A stretch of DNA of 64,000 bases, from positions 57,089 through 121,088 of the forward strand of contig CAWHOE010000010.1 of NCBI GenBank assembly GCA_963830915.1. Reading direction: 5' to 3'. The position numbers and the translations under genes were made by a program. The stretch comes from a candidate division FCPU426 bacterium. GTDB lineage: Bacteria; Oederibacteriota; Muellerivitia; Muellerivitales; Muellerivitaceae. Shown piece by piece: positions 41,535-51,415 of the stretch. The notes beneath the pieces are model-generated. The model had not been told where the DNA came from and did not search any database. It worked only from the letters and a program-made list of their open reading frames with translations. Position 1 is the stretch's first letter; every line of letters begins with the position of its first letter.

Positions 41535-42631
41535 AACCCACCCTGATCAAAGGCAATGAGGCCATCACGGAAGCGGCCATCGCGGCCGGATGCCGTTTCT
41601 ACGCCGGTTACCCCATCACCCCCCAGAACGAGATCACCTCTTCCATGGCCCGCCGGATGCCCGAGGTGGGCGGGACCTTCATCCAGGCCGAAAGCGAGCT
41701 GGCCTCCATCAACCTTTGTTTCGGGGCCTCCGTGGCGGGCGCCCGCGCCATGACCTCCACCTCCTCCCCCGGATTCAGCCTGATGCAGGAGGCTGTTTCC
41801 TACCTGGCCGCCTGCGAGATACCCTGTGTGCTGGTGAACGTCATGAGGGGTGGGCCCGGACTGGGCAATATCCAGCCTTCCCAGGCTGACTACTTCCAGG
41901 CGGTCAAGGGAGGGGGCCATGGCGATTACCGAAACCTGGTCCTGGCCCCGGCCACCGTGGAAGAGGCCTATACCTTCACCCAATTGGCCTTCGAACTGGC
42001 GGACAAGTACCGCAATCCGGTCCTCCTATTAGCGGATGGTCTGTTGGGCCAGCTGATGGAACCTATCGATCTCCACCGGAAACCCCTGCCTCCCCCCGCC
42101 CAGCGTTCCTGGGCCCTGGACGGCGCCAGGGGACGTAAGTCCCGCCTCATCCGTTCGCTTTTGATGGTGGACGGGGAACTGGAAAAACACAATTACCACC
42201 TGGCTGAAAAATACAAGACCATGGCCAAGGAAGTGCGCTGGGAGATGGACACTCAGGGCGACGCCGAATTGCTGATCGTGGCTTATGGAACCTCCGCACG
42301 GGTCGCCAAGGCCGCGGTGCGGGAGGCGCGGGGCCGGGGCGAGAAGGTCGACCTGTTGCGTCCCCAGACCCTTTGGCCATTCCCTTCCCAGGCCATCCGG
42401 GAAGCCGCCCAACGGGCTGGCCGGGTGCTGGTGGTGGAGATGTGCATGGGCCAGATGGTGGAGGATGTCAGGCTGGCCGTGGGAGATTCGATCCCCGTGG
42501 AGTTTTTCGGCCGTCCGGGCGGCGCCGTGCCGACCCCGGCCGAGGTCCTGGCCGCTATGGTACGCATCCACAAAAAGAACGGATCAATACCGACCTCCGT
42601 TAAGGGTAATTCAAAAGGAAAGTCGATATGA
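41531..42631 (+). CDS. vorB: 2-oxoacid:ferredoxin oxidoreductase alpha subunit (3-methyl-2-oxobutanoate dehydrogenase VorB type)
   Basis: GTG start, KGNEAI, YAGYPITPQNE, QAESE, TSTSSPG, RGGPGLGNIQPSQADY, KGGGHGDY. Confidence 0.88.
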   Translation: MKPTLIKGNEAITEAAIAAGCRFYAGYPITPQNEITSSMARRMPEVGGTFIQAESELASINLCFGASVAGARAMTSTSSPGFSLMQEAVSYLAACEIPCVLVNVMRGGPGLGNIQPSQADYFQAVKGGGHGDYRNLVLAPATVEEAYTFTQLAFELADKYRNPVLLLADGLLGQLMEPIDLHRKPLPPPAQRSWALDGARGRKSRLIRSLLMVDGELEKHNYHLAEKYKTMAKEVRWEMDTQGDAELLIVAYGTSARVAKAAVREARGRGEKVDLLRPQTLWPFPSQAIREAAQRAGRVLVVEMCMGQMVEDVRLAVGDSIPVEFFGRPGGAVPTPAEVLAAMVRIHKKNGSIPTSVKGNSKGKSI

Positions 42632-43362
42632 AACTGGTCAATCCCCGTCCCGAAACACTCACTGAAACGACCATGACCTATTGTTCCGGCTGCGGCCACG
42701 GATTGGCCCACCGGCTGGTGGCCGAGGTGTTGGATGAACTGGGAGTTCGCGAGAAGACCGTGGGCGTGGCGCCCGTCGGCTGCGCGGTCTTCGCCTATGA
42801 CTACTGGAATTTCGATGTGACCGAAGCGCCCCATGGCCGCACGCCCTGCGTGGCGTCCGGCATCAAGCGGGTCCTGCCCGACCATGTGGTCTTCAGCTAC
42901 CAGGGGGATGGGGACCTGGCTTCCATCGGCTTGAGCGAGATATTGCACACCGCCAACCGGGGCGAGAACATCACGGTCGTTTTCATCAATAACGCCAACT
43001 ACGGCATGACTGGCGGGCAAATGGCGCCTACCACCCCCATCGGGATGAAAACCACCACCACGCCCCTGGGGCGCAAGGCGGGGGATGGGCATCCGATCAA
43101 GGTTCCCGAACTTTTGAACGCCCTGGAAGCGCCCGTCTATCTGGATCGCCAGGCCATCCACGATCCTGGCCATATGCGCAAGGCCAAGGCGTCCTTGAAA
43201 AAGGCGTTCCAGTACCGAATCCAGGGAAAAGGTTTCGCGCTGGTGGAGCTTTTATCGGCCTGTCCGGCCAACTGGGGCATGACCCCGACGGACGCGGTGA
43301 AATGGGTAGGGGAGGAAATGATAAAGACCTTCCCGCTTGGAGTAGTTAGAGATAGAACATAA
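42628..43362 (+). CDS. 2-oxoacid:ferredoxin oxidoreductase beta subunit (TPP-binding)
   Basis: YCSGCGHG, PVGC, HGR, YQGDGDLASIG, NNANYGMTGGQMAPTT, SACPANW. Confidence 0.92.
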   Translation: MKLVNPRPETLTETTMTYCSGCGHGLAHRLVAEVLDELGVREKTVGVAPVGCAVFAYDYWNFDVTEAPHGRTPCVASGIKRVLPDHVVFSYQGDGDLASIGLSEILHTANRGENITVVFINNANYGMTGGQMAPTTPIGMKTTTTPLGRKAGDGHPIKVPELLNALEAPVYLDRQAIHDPGHMRKAKASLKKAFQYRIQGKGFALVELLSACPANWGMTPTDAVKWVGEEMIKTFPLGVVRDRT

Positions 43363-43373
43363 AAGGCGGTTTG

Positions 43374-43484
43374 AACCACCAAGGGCACCAAGTTCACCAA
43401 GAACGACGAAAAACAATATTTTGATTAAACCGATTAAATATTTTGATTTTGCTTCTCTTGGTGCCCTTGGTGAACTTGGTGGTT
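43374..43484. repeat. Intergenic REP/MITE-like element: inverted arms made of three 9-bp-spaced CACCAAG units
   Basis: Left arm AACCACCAAG-GG-CACCAAG-TT-CACCAAG, right arm CTTGGTG-CC-CTTGGTG-AA-CTTGGTGGTT. AT-rich core contains AATATTTTGATT twice. Confidence 0.85.
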
Positions 43485-43512
43485 AAACAGGTTTGGTTTT
43501 TGGAGGATGTTC

Positions 43513-44065
43513 ATGAGAGAAGAATTCCATTTTCGCGGGTCGGGCGGGCAGGGCATCCTGCTGATGGGCCTGGTCCTGGCCCATTCGGCCATCGAGGAAG
43601 GCCTGCATGTTTCCTGGATACCCTCCTACGGCGCGGAGCGCCGGGAGGACCCTCTTCTGCGCGGTGACGGTTTCGGATGAGCCGGTGGATTGCCCGGTCA
43701 CGGACCAACCGACCTTGCTTTTCACCATGGATCAAAGGGCGGCGACCACTTATGCCCAGTCCCTGCGTCCCAAAGCGGTGCTGGTTTATAACGCCTCGCT
43801 AGTAACGGAGGTGCCCGAAGGAGGATTCCGGGCCTACGGCGTGGAAGCCTCGAAGCTGGCGGGAATGGCCCAACTGACCGCCGCCGCCAATATGGTGGCC
43901 CTGGGCGCGATCCTGTCGGTCAAGCCCGTGGTCAAACTGCCGGCGGTCGCCCTGGCCCTGCCCATGGCCTTGGGCGCGAAAAAGAAACACCTGGCTCCGG
44001 CTAATTTCAGCCTGCTGGAAAAAGGCTTCAAGTCCATCCTTCCGATATCTTCAACGGGCCGCTAA
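43513..44065 (+). pseudogene. 2-oxoacid:ferredoxin oxidoreductase gamma subunit, frameshifted near 43640-43656 (likely sequence error)
   Basis: ATG at 43513 after GGAGG: MREEFHFRGSGGQGILLMG...WIPSYGAERR. Two added bases (GGG>GGGG, TT>TTT) give YGAERRGGPSFCAVTVSD, joining ORF 43607-44065 (ANMVALGA). Confidence 0.8.
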
Positions 44066-44251
44066 CTATTCCCAATACATCCCTGACCCCGAAGTTCCCT
44101 TTCTAAGCAAAAAAGGAATGAGTCATTTTCCTTTTTTTATCGTTCAGATGACTAGGTCTATGATTCTTGTCATTGCTAAAACAAGTCCTCAAAACTCTAA
44201 TGAGTCTCTATTTTGAAAAGTCTATTCAAATAGTACTCATTGGAGATGTTT

Positions 44252-45160
44252 GTGGCCCGCTGGAAAACGATCTTGGCTCTTTGGGCGGTTTTAGGGCTTT
44301 CCATCGCCCTCTGGACAACGGCTTGCAATAACAGCAATGGTCCCCTCGCGCCCATTCATGGGACATTCTGGGTGACCTCTACGCCCTGTTTTGATTCCAC
44401 CACCGGTTTTACCTGTACCTTCACCAATACCCCGACCATGACCTACACTCCCACCATTACCTACACGCCTACCATCACCTACACACCCACCATTACCTAT
44501 ACCCCGACCCAAACGGGCACGCCGACCAATACCGCGACCATCACCTTCACCGCGACAATAACTTCTACGCCAACGATCACCAGTACCCCCACCCATACCG
44601 GCACTCCGACCAATTCACCCACCCACACTGATACTCCGACAATCACCGATACGCCGACCATCACCTTTACCCCCACGAAGACAGGCACTCCGACCCCCAC
44701 GGCCTGCTCTGGCACTTTTGGAAATACCTTCGCCCAGAGTTCGGCTTATAGCGGTCCGGCCTATCTATGGTGCTATTCCTATTATGCCTCCGCGCCCCTG
44801 ACCCTGACGGGCATGATGTTCGAGGTCGAGGGCGGATATGAATACGAGGGGGCCGTATACAGCGACAATGGAGGTTACCCAGGCACCCTTTTGGCCTACA
44901 CCACGCCCGCAGTCGCTCCAGGATATAGCCTAGGGTTTTGTTATGCCGGGTTGAACACCCCGGCCGTATTGGCGGGAGGACAATCCTGGTGGTTGGCGGC
45001 TCACAATGATTACCAGACTTGGGGAAGCAACGGAACCAATAACGGGGGTTATTACAGCATGGCGTCGTCGGCCTATGGCAGTTTTCCCACGAACCTAGTC
45101 CCCGCTAATTACCAGATCGCCTATCTCACTTATAGTTTTTACGGGGTTTATTGCCCTTGA
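44252..45160 (+). CDS. Lipoprotein: Thr/Pro stalk plus Cys-bracketed beta-sandwich (choice-of-anchor-R-like), paralog 1
   Basis: GTG start 6 nt after GGAG, lipobox TTAC, TYTPTI repeats, [16 protein letters not shown]...[10 protein letters not shown], ends YCP. Confidence 0.8.
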   Translation: MARWKTILALWAVLGLSIALWTTACNNSNGPLAPIHGTFWVTSTPCFDSTTGFTCTFTNTPTMTYTPTITYTPTITYTPTITYTPTQTGTPTNTATITFTATITSTPTITSTPTHTGTPTNSPTHTDTPTITDTPTITFTPTKTGTPTPTACSGTFGNTFAQSSAYSGPAYLWCYSYYASAPLTLTGMMFEVEGGYEYEGAVYSDNGGYPGTLLAYTTPAVAPGYSLGFCYAGLNTPAVLAGGQSWWLAAHNDYQTWGSNGTNNGGYYSMASSAYGSFPTNLVPANYQIAYLTYSFYGVYCP

Positions 45161-45465
45161 TCGAGCGAGATGAGTGGTACCCCGAATGTCTCTGTGGGAG
45201 AAAGAGAACAATGAGAAATACGTTTTAAAGTTCTTGTGAGGTTCCGATAAATGAATTTGGTATTTGAAAGAGCGCCTTCAAAAATTATTTCATCGATTTG
45301 TGATCGAGGATTGGATCGTGATAAATATATACCCAGTGTTTATCGATCAAACGAACGGGTTCACTTTCAATATGTTTCTTTTCCTTGTCCGACACGGTTT
45401 GTGGTATTTCTAATAAGTCTATTTTTTCAGAAAGTCTATTCAAACTTTATCTTGTGGAGATATCT

Positions 45466-46356
45466 TTGGCGCGCTGGAAAACGATCCTCGGATTTTGGGT
45501 CATGGTAACGCTTTCCATCGCCCTCTGGACAACGGCCTGCAATAACGGGAATAGCCCTCTTGCGCCAATTCATGAGACATTGTGGGTGACCTCCACGCCC
45601 TGTTTCGATTCCACCACCGGGTTCACCTGCACCTTTACCAATACCCCGACCTTTACTTATACGCCGACCATTACCTACACGCCCACCATCACTTATACCC
45701 CAACCCAAACGGGTACGCCGACTAAAACCGCGACCATCACTCTGACCCCGACGATCACGTTGACCCCGACCATCACCTACACTCCGACCAAGACCGGAAC
45801 GCCGACCAATTCACCCACCTTTACCTATACGCCCACGATCACCAATACACCGACCCATACTTACACCCCCACCATCACCTTCACCCCGACCGCCACCGCC
45901 TGTAGCTGCCAATATGGGGATACGGCCTCCCAATATTCGGCCTACGCAGGTCTGACCAATTTGTGGTGCTATTCCTATTATTCCACCGCGCCCGTGACCC
46001 TGGCCGGAATGATGATCCAAACCATGAGCGGGTATGAGTTCGAGGGGGCCGTATACAGCGACAATGGCGGATACCCCGGCACCCGTTTGGCCTATACCGC
46101 GCCATCGACCGCTACGGGAATAGGCATCAATTTTAATTACGCCCCGCTGAATACGACGGTTGTATTGGCGGGAGGCCAATCCTGGTGGTTGGCGGCTCAC
46201 GATAATTACCAAACCTATGGAACCACCGGAACCGATGATGGCGGTTATTACAGCCTATCGTCATCCGCTTTTGGCAGTCTTCCCTTGAATTTGCTAAAAA
46301 CCAACTATTCGATCGGTACTGTCACTTACGCTTTTTATGGAGTGTGTTGTCCCTAG
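45466..46356 (+). CDS. Lipoprotein: Thr/Pro stalk plus Cys-bracketed beta-sandwich, paralog 2
   Basis: TTG start at the position equivalent to paralog 1 in a duplicated upstream region, colinear sequence, ends VCCP. Confidence 0.8.
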   Translation: MARWKTILGFWVMVTLSIALWTTACNNGNSPLAPIHETLWVTSTPCFDSTTGFTCTFTNTPTFTYTPTITYTPTITYTPTQTGTPTKTATITLTPTITLTPTITYTPTKTGTPTNSPTFTYTPTITNTPTHTYTPTITFTPTATACSCQYGDTASQYSAYAGLTNLWCYSYYSTAPVTLAGMMIQTMSGYEFEGAVYSDNGGYPGTRLAYTAPSTATGIGINFNYAPLNTTVVLAGGQSWWLAAHDNYQTYGTTGTDDGGYYSLSSSAFGSLPLNLLKTNYSIGTVTYAFYGVCCP

Positions 46357-46409
46357 CCCGCCGCAGGAGCAGGCTTTCGAAAATGGCTCATGGCATGAAA
46401 GAGAACGGT

Positions 46410-47149
46410 ATGAAACACATTTTACTATTAACCCTGATTCTTCTGGCGCCAGCCGGCCAGCTTTGGGCGGTCACCGAGGCGATATTCTCATCTGTCTCTG
46501 GAAAAGTCGTGATCAAGCGCCAGGATGGAAGTATTTTACGCGCCGCCGAAAAGGATTCCGCGGTGGTGGAGGGACAGAGGATCGTCGCTGGTTCCGACGG
46601 TCGGGCGATACTGAAACCTTTGACGGGTCCGAGATCCGGATCAGCCCCAACACCGATCTGGTGCTGAAAAAACTCCGCAAACCCCAAGCCAAGGACAAGA
46701 TCATCCAATTCAAGCTGTTGATGGGCCAGCTCCTGGCGTTGGTGAAGCCCTTGCTCAGTTCCCATTCCACCTTCGAGATCGAATCGGGCGGCGTTGTCTG
46801 CGGCGTCCGCGGCACCCGGTACCAGGTCAAGTATGAGCCTTCCACCCACACCGTTTACCTGCAGGTCATGGAAGGGACGGTCTATGCCGATTCCAACGGC
46901 CGCAAGGTGGATTACGGTCCGGGAAGCAGCGTGGTTTTCCATAACGGCGTGCCTGGCAAGGCGCCCAACAATGGGGTTCCGAATGGCAAGGGGGCCGACA
47001 GCACGGGGGCGTCCTTGCAGGACCTGGAAGACCAATTCCAGATCGGCCTTTCCTCAAACGGTAACCGTGTCTATACCGATCCTTCCGTAGAAGGCTCCAT
47101 CAAGGTGAAACTGTCGGCTAATGTCGGACTAGGAGAGAACGTGCCATGA
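46410..47149 (+). pseudogene. Exported FecR-domain protein, frameshifted near 46615 (likely sequence error)
   Basis: MKHILLL signal peptide, VSGKVVI...EGQRIVAGSDGRAIL in one frame, continuing TFDGSEIRISPNTDL...VCGVRGTRY...VMEGTV in another. One added A in AAA restores the frame. Confidence 0.78.
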
Positions 47150-48321
47150 GCGAGGCAAAATCCTTCCTGAGAACTTGGGCGGCGGTCCTGCTAATTGGGG
47201 TGGCTGCACCAGCTAGCGCGGGTCAATTGAACCTGGGCTTTGTTTACGACGGATGGAACAGCAATTTCCTTTCCGAGCAATCCCAGGTGAACACCAATTA
47301 CGGTTCCGAGTGTTGGGTGCCTTTTTCGCTCAGCCTGAACCTGGACAAGGGGCTGATGGTCTATGGGTCGGGTCTTTTTGGCGCCGGTTCCTACACCTAT
47401 TCCCCAGACGGTATCACCAACACCACTATCAACCTCACTAATTTTGCCGATACGGTCCTTGGCGGGGAAATACAGTTCAAGACCTTCGGCCAATCCTCCC
47501 TCCTGAATGTTAGTGTGAGCCTACCGACAGGCGACCCTACCTGGGAAACCAAACAGATCGACGCCATCATTCCCACCGAATTCATGGATTACCGCTATCG
47601 GGGTCGCGGGCTTGGTTTCAGCGCCCTCTATGGGCTGACTTTCCCCTGCGGGAAGGACGCTTTGGGCATGGGAGCCGGGTTCTCCTATTCGGGAGCATTC
47701 AATCCCACGGGGGCACCTTCCGATTCCCTCCAACTGGGAGACACGATGTTTTTGGCCTTCAATTACACCCAGACAGGCTTGAACGGTTACAAAGAGATAG
47801 CCCGGCTTTGCGGTTTTTATTCCCTCGCCTCCCAGGACCCGGCGGAAGGTGTCAATTACCAGCTGGGCACCAACCTGAACGCTTCTTACAGCTGGTTCGA
47901 TCCCACCGGATTGTCCCTGGATCTGGGGGTCCAGTATTTCCTTCCTTCCAGCCGTTTGGACGTGGAGAACAACCTGGTCTTGGAGGCGGACAATTTTTAC
48001 GCCCCCCGTTTTTATGTCCAGCCCTCCTATGTGTTGGGCGAAGTGAAGTGGTCCGCGCTGGTGAAATACGTTCTTCCCAATGATTACCCCGCCACCTATT
48101 CAATTACCGGTGTTAACCCGATGTATTTCGGCGGGGGATGGGTCTTGGGTGTCGGGCCCACATGGAAGATGCCATTGAACGATAAGTCCAGCCTGAGTTT
48201 TTTTGGGATGTACGATTACATCCTTCAGGACAACGCCGGCGTCGGAGCTTCGGGGAATTCCCTGGTGAACGCCACATACAACTACTGGACCTTGGGAACG
48301 AACTACCAGATAGACCTTTAA
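47146..48321 (+). CDS. Putative outer-membrane beta-barrel protein
   Basis: Signal peptide ending ASA, alternating aromatic/hydrophobic strands, SLPTGD motif, C-terminal LGTNYQIDL, ATGA overlap with FecR gene. Confidence 0.7.
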   Translation: MSEAKSFLRTWAAVLLIGVAAPASAGQLNLGFVYDGWNSNFLSEQSQVNTNYGSECWVPFSLSLNLDKGLMVYGSGLFGAGSYTYSPDGITNTTINLTNFADTVLGGEIQFKTFGQSSLLNVSVSLPTGDPTWETKQIDAIIPTEFMDYRYRGRGLGFSALYGLTFPCGKDALGMGAGFSYSGAFNPTGAPSDSLQLGDTMFLAFNYTQTGLNGYKEIARLCGFYSLASQDPAEGVNYQLGTNLNASYSWFDPTGLSLDLGVQYFLPSSRLDVENNLVLEADNFYAPRFYVQPSYVLGEVKWSALVKYVLPNDYPATYSITGVNPMYFGGGWVLGVGPTWKMPLNDKSSLSFFGMYDYILQDNAGVGASGNSLVNATYNYWTLGTNYQIDL

Positions 48322-48342
48322 TTAAAGTAGAGGAGTCGGGCC

Positions 48343-49239
48343 ATGAAGATCATCTCTAAAAAAACAGTGGCGGCCGCGGCCGCCTGCCTCTTGTTCGCGG
48401 TTTGGGGCTGTAACGGACAGCACCCTTTGGCCTCTCCGCCCAGCATCCAAATGAGTGTTTGCGTGGCGCCCTCCAAGGATGTCCAGGCCGGCCTGTTGAG
48501 TTCCACTTCCAACGTCCTTCTCTGGAGCTATCAAGTGAGCGTTACCCAGGTCGTTCACGGCCAGGAGGGACCTTTTGCCTCGGGGGACGGAGCGGGCAAT
48601 ATCGATTTCGTACTATCCCTGCCTCAGGGCGGCAAGAGGGTATTGTCCCTGCAATTGAACGACGCCACCACCAATCTTCCACTGGCCGTCGGTGCGGTCC
48701 AGATCGACCTTTCCAACCCGACGCCCAACCTGGCGGTCACCCTTCAACTGGGTTCGGTCAACCGCCAATGTTATTTGATCACCCCCACTTATGTCGGAAG
48801 TTACTACCTGCTGGACGCCCATAGTTTGGACTGTTCCTACACCAATGCGGACCTGTGTGTAGCCTCTGTGAACTCGAATTATCAGCTGACAGACCCGAAC
48901 AATATCTCCTCCATCGCTTACCTGGGGAACGGTAACATGGTCGATTTTGATTATGTCCCAGCGAATGACATGTTTTTTCCCAGTTCGAATACGGCCAAAG
49001 CCCAGGTCCTGAAATCGGCCTCAGGTGCTGGTTTGGATCTGCAGGTGGGGGATATTTACTGCATCAAGATGAACACTGTGTCCGGAGCTTATGCCTGGGT
49101 TCAGGTGAGCGGTCCCGGGACTACTGTTTTTGACGGCCCGAGCTTCCGCTTCCGGGTCAGCACCGATCCATTCTTTTCTTATTACAATACCACCGCGGAT
49201 ACGGCCCAAAATTGCTCCACCTGGGGTAACTGTAGCTAA
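48343..49239 (+). CDS. Hypothetical Cys-containing lipoprotein
   Basis: GAGGAG RBS, lipobox VWGC, beta-rich. Confidence 0.75.
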   Translation: MKIISKKTVAAAAACLLFAVWGCNGQHPLASPPSIQMSVCVAPSKDVQAGLLSSTSNVLLWSYQVSVTQVVHGQEGPFASGDGAGNIDFVLSLPQGGKRVLSLQLNDATTNLPLAVGAVQIDLSNPTPNLAVTLQLGSVNRQCYLITPTYVGSYYLLDAHSLDCSYTNADLCVASVNSNYQLTDPNNISSIAYLGNGNMVDFDYVPANDMFFPSSNTAKAQVLKSASGAGLDLQVGDIYCIKMNTVSGAYAWVQVSGPGTTVFDGPSFRFRVSTDPFFSYYNTTADTAQNCSTWGNCS

Positions 49240-49315
49240 AATGTTTCTTCCTTGTGACTCATCGATAGTTCTTTGATGGATGCTTACGGACCGCTTTAAA
49301 AGGCGGTTGGAACGC

Positions 49316-51415
49316 TTAGCGTAAGACCAGCAATTTCGCTTTGAAGTGTTTCCCTTCGACTATCACCACCACGTAATAAACCCCGTTGGATAAGCGGCTC
49401 CCCGACCTGTCGACCAGTTCCAAGGAAATGGGCGTTCCCGCGCTCAACGAGTCATAGGTCAGATCGATGATTTTTCGGAACCCCAAAGTGAACACCTGCA
49501 CCCTAACGTTGGAAACGCCAAAGTAATTGGGCGGAAGGATGTTCACGGTCGAGCCGGTCACGGGGTTGGGATAGAGGCTCACATGACCTGGGATCTGGGT
49601 GGGGGTGAAGGAGGCTGTGGAAGTGAAGGATTCGGTGGCCGTATGGGTCGCGGTTGGCGAGAGGGTGGGGGTCGACGAAAAGGTCTGGGTAGAAGTAGGG
49701 GTGTGGCTGGGCGTGGAAGTAAAGGACAAGGTCCAGGTCAGGGTTTGGCTTGGGGTGGCGGTCCCTGTGGCTGTCGAAGTCAATATGGGTTTTGCCGTGA
49801 ATGTGTATGACGCGGTGGGGGTGTAAGAGGCCGTGGAAGTGAAGGTTCCCGTTGTTGAATTGGTCGTGGTTGGTGTGAAGATGGGGGTCGGCGTAGAGGT
49901 ATTAACGGGTGTATTGGTTGAGGTGAAAGTGGGTGTGTTCGTTGGGGGTATAGCTGTATGGGTACTGGTGGCGGTGTAAGTCCGGGTGGACGAACTTGTC
50001 CAGGTAGGGGTACTGCTGGGCGGTACTGGAGTATTGGTAGGGGTCGAGGTGTAGGTGTGGGTGTTGGTGAATGTGTTCGTCGGTGTGTTCGTGGGTGGAA
50101 CGGGAGTATGAGTGGCCGTTGCGGTATTCGTGGAGGTCGAGGTCAATGGTGTTGTTTTGGTATTAGTCGGCGTAGGAGAAGCCGTCGCGCTCGGCGTAGT
50201 CGAATCCGTCGCTGTGTTCGTAACAGTGGCGGTCATGGTAGCGGTGGCTGTAAAAGTACTGGTCGTCGTATTGACAGGACATTGCGAGACATAAGCGTTA
50301 TAAGTCGCTTTGAGCAGGTCCTGCGAGGTTCCATCGTAATCCTGCGATATTTCCCAGATCATCATCCCGCCCACACCGCGAGTTCCCAAGGCGTAAGCGG
50401 TCTTATTGGCCGCGGAAGCAACGCTCTCATAAGTGATGAAGTCCGAGCCCGTCAAGTAATTGGCCTGGGCCGTGGGATCCCATTGGACGGTATAGCCCAT
50501 GGCGTTGAGCCGGGGTTTAACGAACGTCCCATAGTCCTGATCCACCACGGGGCAATCACCCCCGCAATTTATCCAAAGGGCGTTGACGGAAGTGAATTCA
50601 TCCGCGTAAAAAGGCATGCCCGCGTTGATCTTGGAGGGGGATATGCCCGCGGCGGACAGATACCAATCGAGGGATGTTTTGAAGCTCCCGGCCTGTTCCG
50701 GATCGGCGGGATTTTGATATTGCGGGGCTAAGTGCCCGCTGTTGGTATCCCACCCGCCGTAAAAATCGTAGTCCATCACGTTGAAGAAATCCACGACGCC
50801 TTGCAACGCGTTCAAGTTCATGTAATAGGCGCCATCCCAGGTATTGTTGCCCATGGCGCTCGTCGCCATGGAAATGAGCCAAGTCGGGGAAGGGAAAACG
50901 GCCCGAATGGCCTGCATCATGAGGGTGAGGTTGCTTTCGTCCGTCGTGGTGAGCGGAAATTCGTAGTCGATATCCACGCCGTCATAGCCGTTGGTCTTGC
51001 AGAAATTGAACAGATTATTGGCGAAATTGGACCGATAAGCGGCATTGGCCGACACAAGCTCAAAGGCCGTTCCTTGACCGGCGCCACTGCCTCCCACGGA
51101 TACCAGAACCTTTACCCCAGCCGCGTGGGCTCTGGAGTTGAGGGCGGGCTCCAGAAAAGTGGGGTCTACCGAGAGGGTTCCGTCATTGGTCGCCGTATTC
51201 AAGGTGATGAAGGCATGCTCGATATGGGTCACCTCGGTCATGGGTATGTTGGCCGACGTATAGCCTGGCTGGTCCCAGTAGGCGTAATAGGCGACGATCC
51301 GTTTATCGCATTGAGCCATGACCGGGGCGGTCAAGCCCAGAAAACCCAAGGCGGCCAGCCAAGTGAGAATTTTGGATTTATCCAGGTTCGGGCCGGCCCG
51401 ATATATCCATCTCAT
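49316..51415 (-). CDS. Secreted GH18 chitinase with Thr/Pro linker and CTD
   Basis: VAYYAYW, THIEHAF, KVLVSVGG, YDGVDIDYEFP (DxxDxDxE), NVMDYDFYG, GMPFY, GGMMIWEISQD. CTD LYPNP...VFTLGFRK...SNGVYY...KLLVLR. Confidence 0.93.
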   Translation of the reverse strand: MRWIYRAGPNLDKSKILTWLAALGFLGLTAPVMAQCDKRIVAYYAYWDQPGYTSANIPMTEVTHIEHAFITLNTATNDGTLSVDPTFLEPALNSRAHAAGVKVLVSVGGSGAGQGTAFELVSANAAYRSNFANNLFNFCKTNGYDGVDIDYEFPLTTTDESNLTLMMQAIRAVFPSPTWLISMATSAMGNNTWDGAYYMNLNALQGVVDFFNVMDYDFYGGWDTNSGHLAPQYQNPADPEQAGSFKTSLDWYLSAAGISPSKINAGMPFYADEFTSVNALWINCGGDCPVVDQDYGTFVKPRLNAMGYTVQWDPTAQANYLTGSDFITYESVASAANKTAYALGTRGVGGMMIWEISQDYDGTSQDLLKATYNAYVSQCPVNTTTSTFTATATMTATVTNTATDSTTPSATASPTPTNTKTTPLTSTSTNTATATHTPVPPTNTPTNTFTNTHTYTSTPTNTPVPPSSTPTWTSSSTRTYTATSTHTAIPPTNTPTFTSTNTPVNTSTPTPIFTPTTTNSTTGTFTSTASYTPTASYTFTAKPILTSTATGTATPSQTLTWTLSFTSTPSHTPTSTQTFSSTPTLSPTATHTATESFTSTASFTPTQIPGHVSLYPNPVTGSTVNILPPNYFGVSNVRVQVFTLGFRKIIDLTYDSLSAGTPISLELVDRSGSRLSNGVYYVVVIVEGKHFKAKLLVLR

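Noticed and set aside
43374..43484. CRISPR or simple terminator interpretation of the CACCAAG element
   Set aside because: Units are 7 bp with 2-bp spacers in inverted arms, and the element sits mid-operon. Kept as a REP/MITE-like repeat instead.
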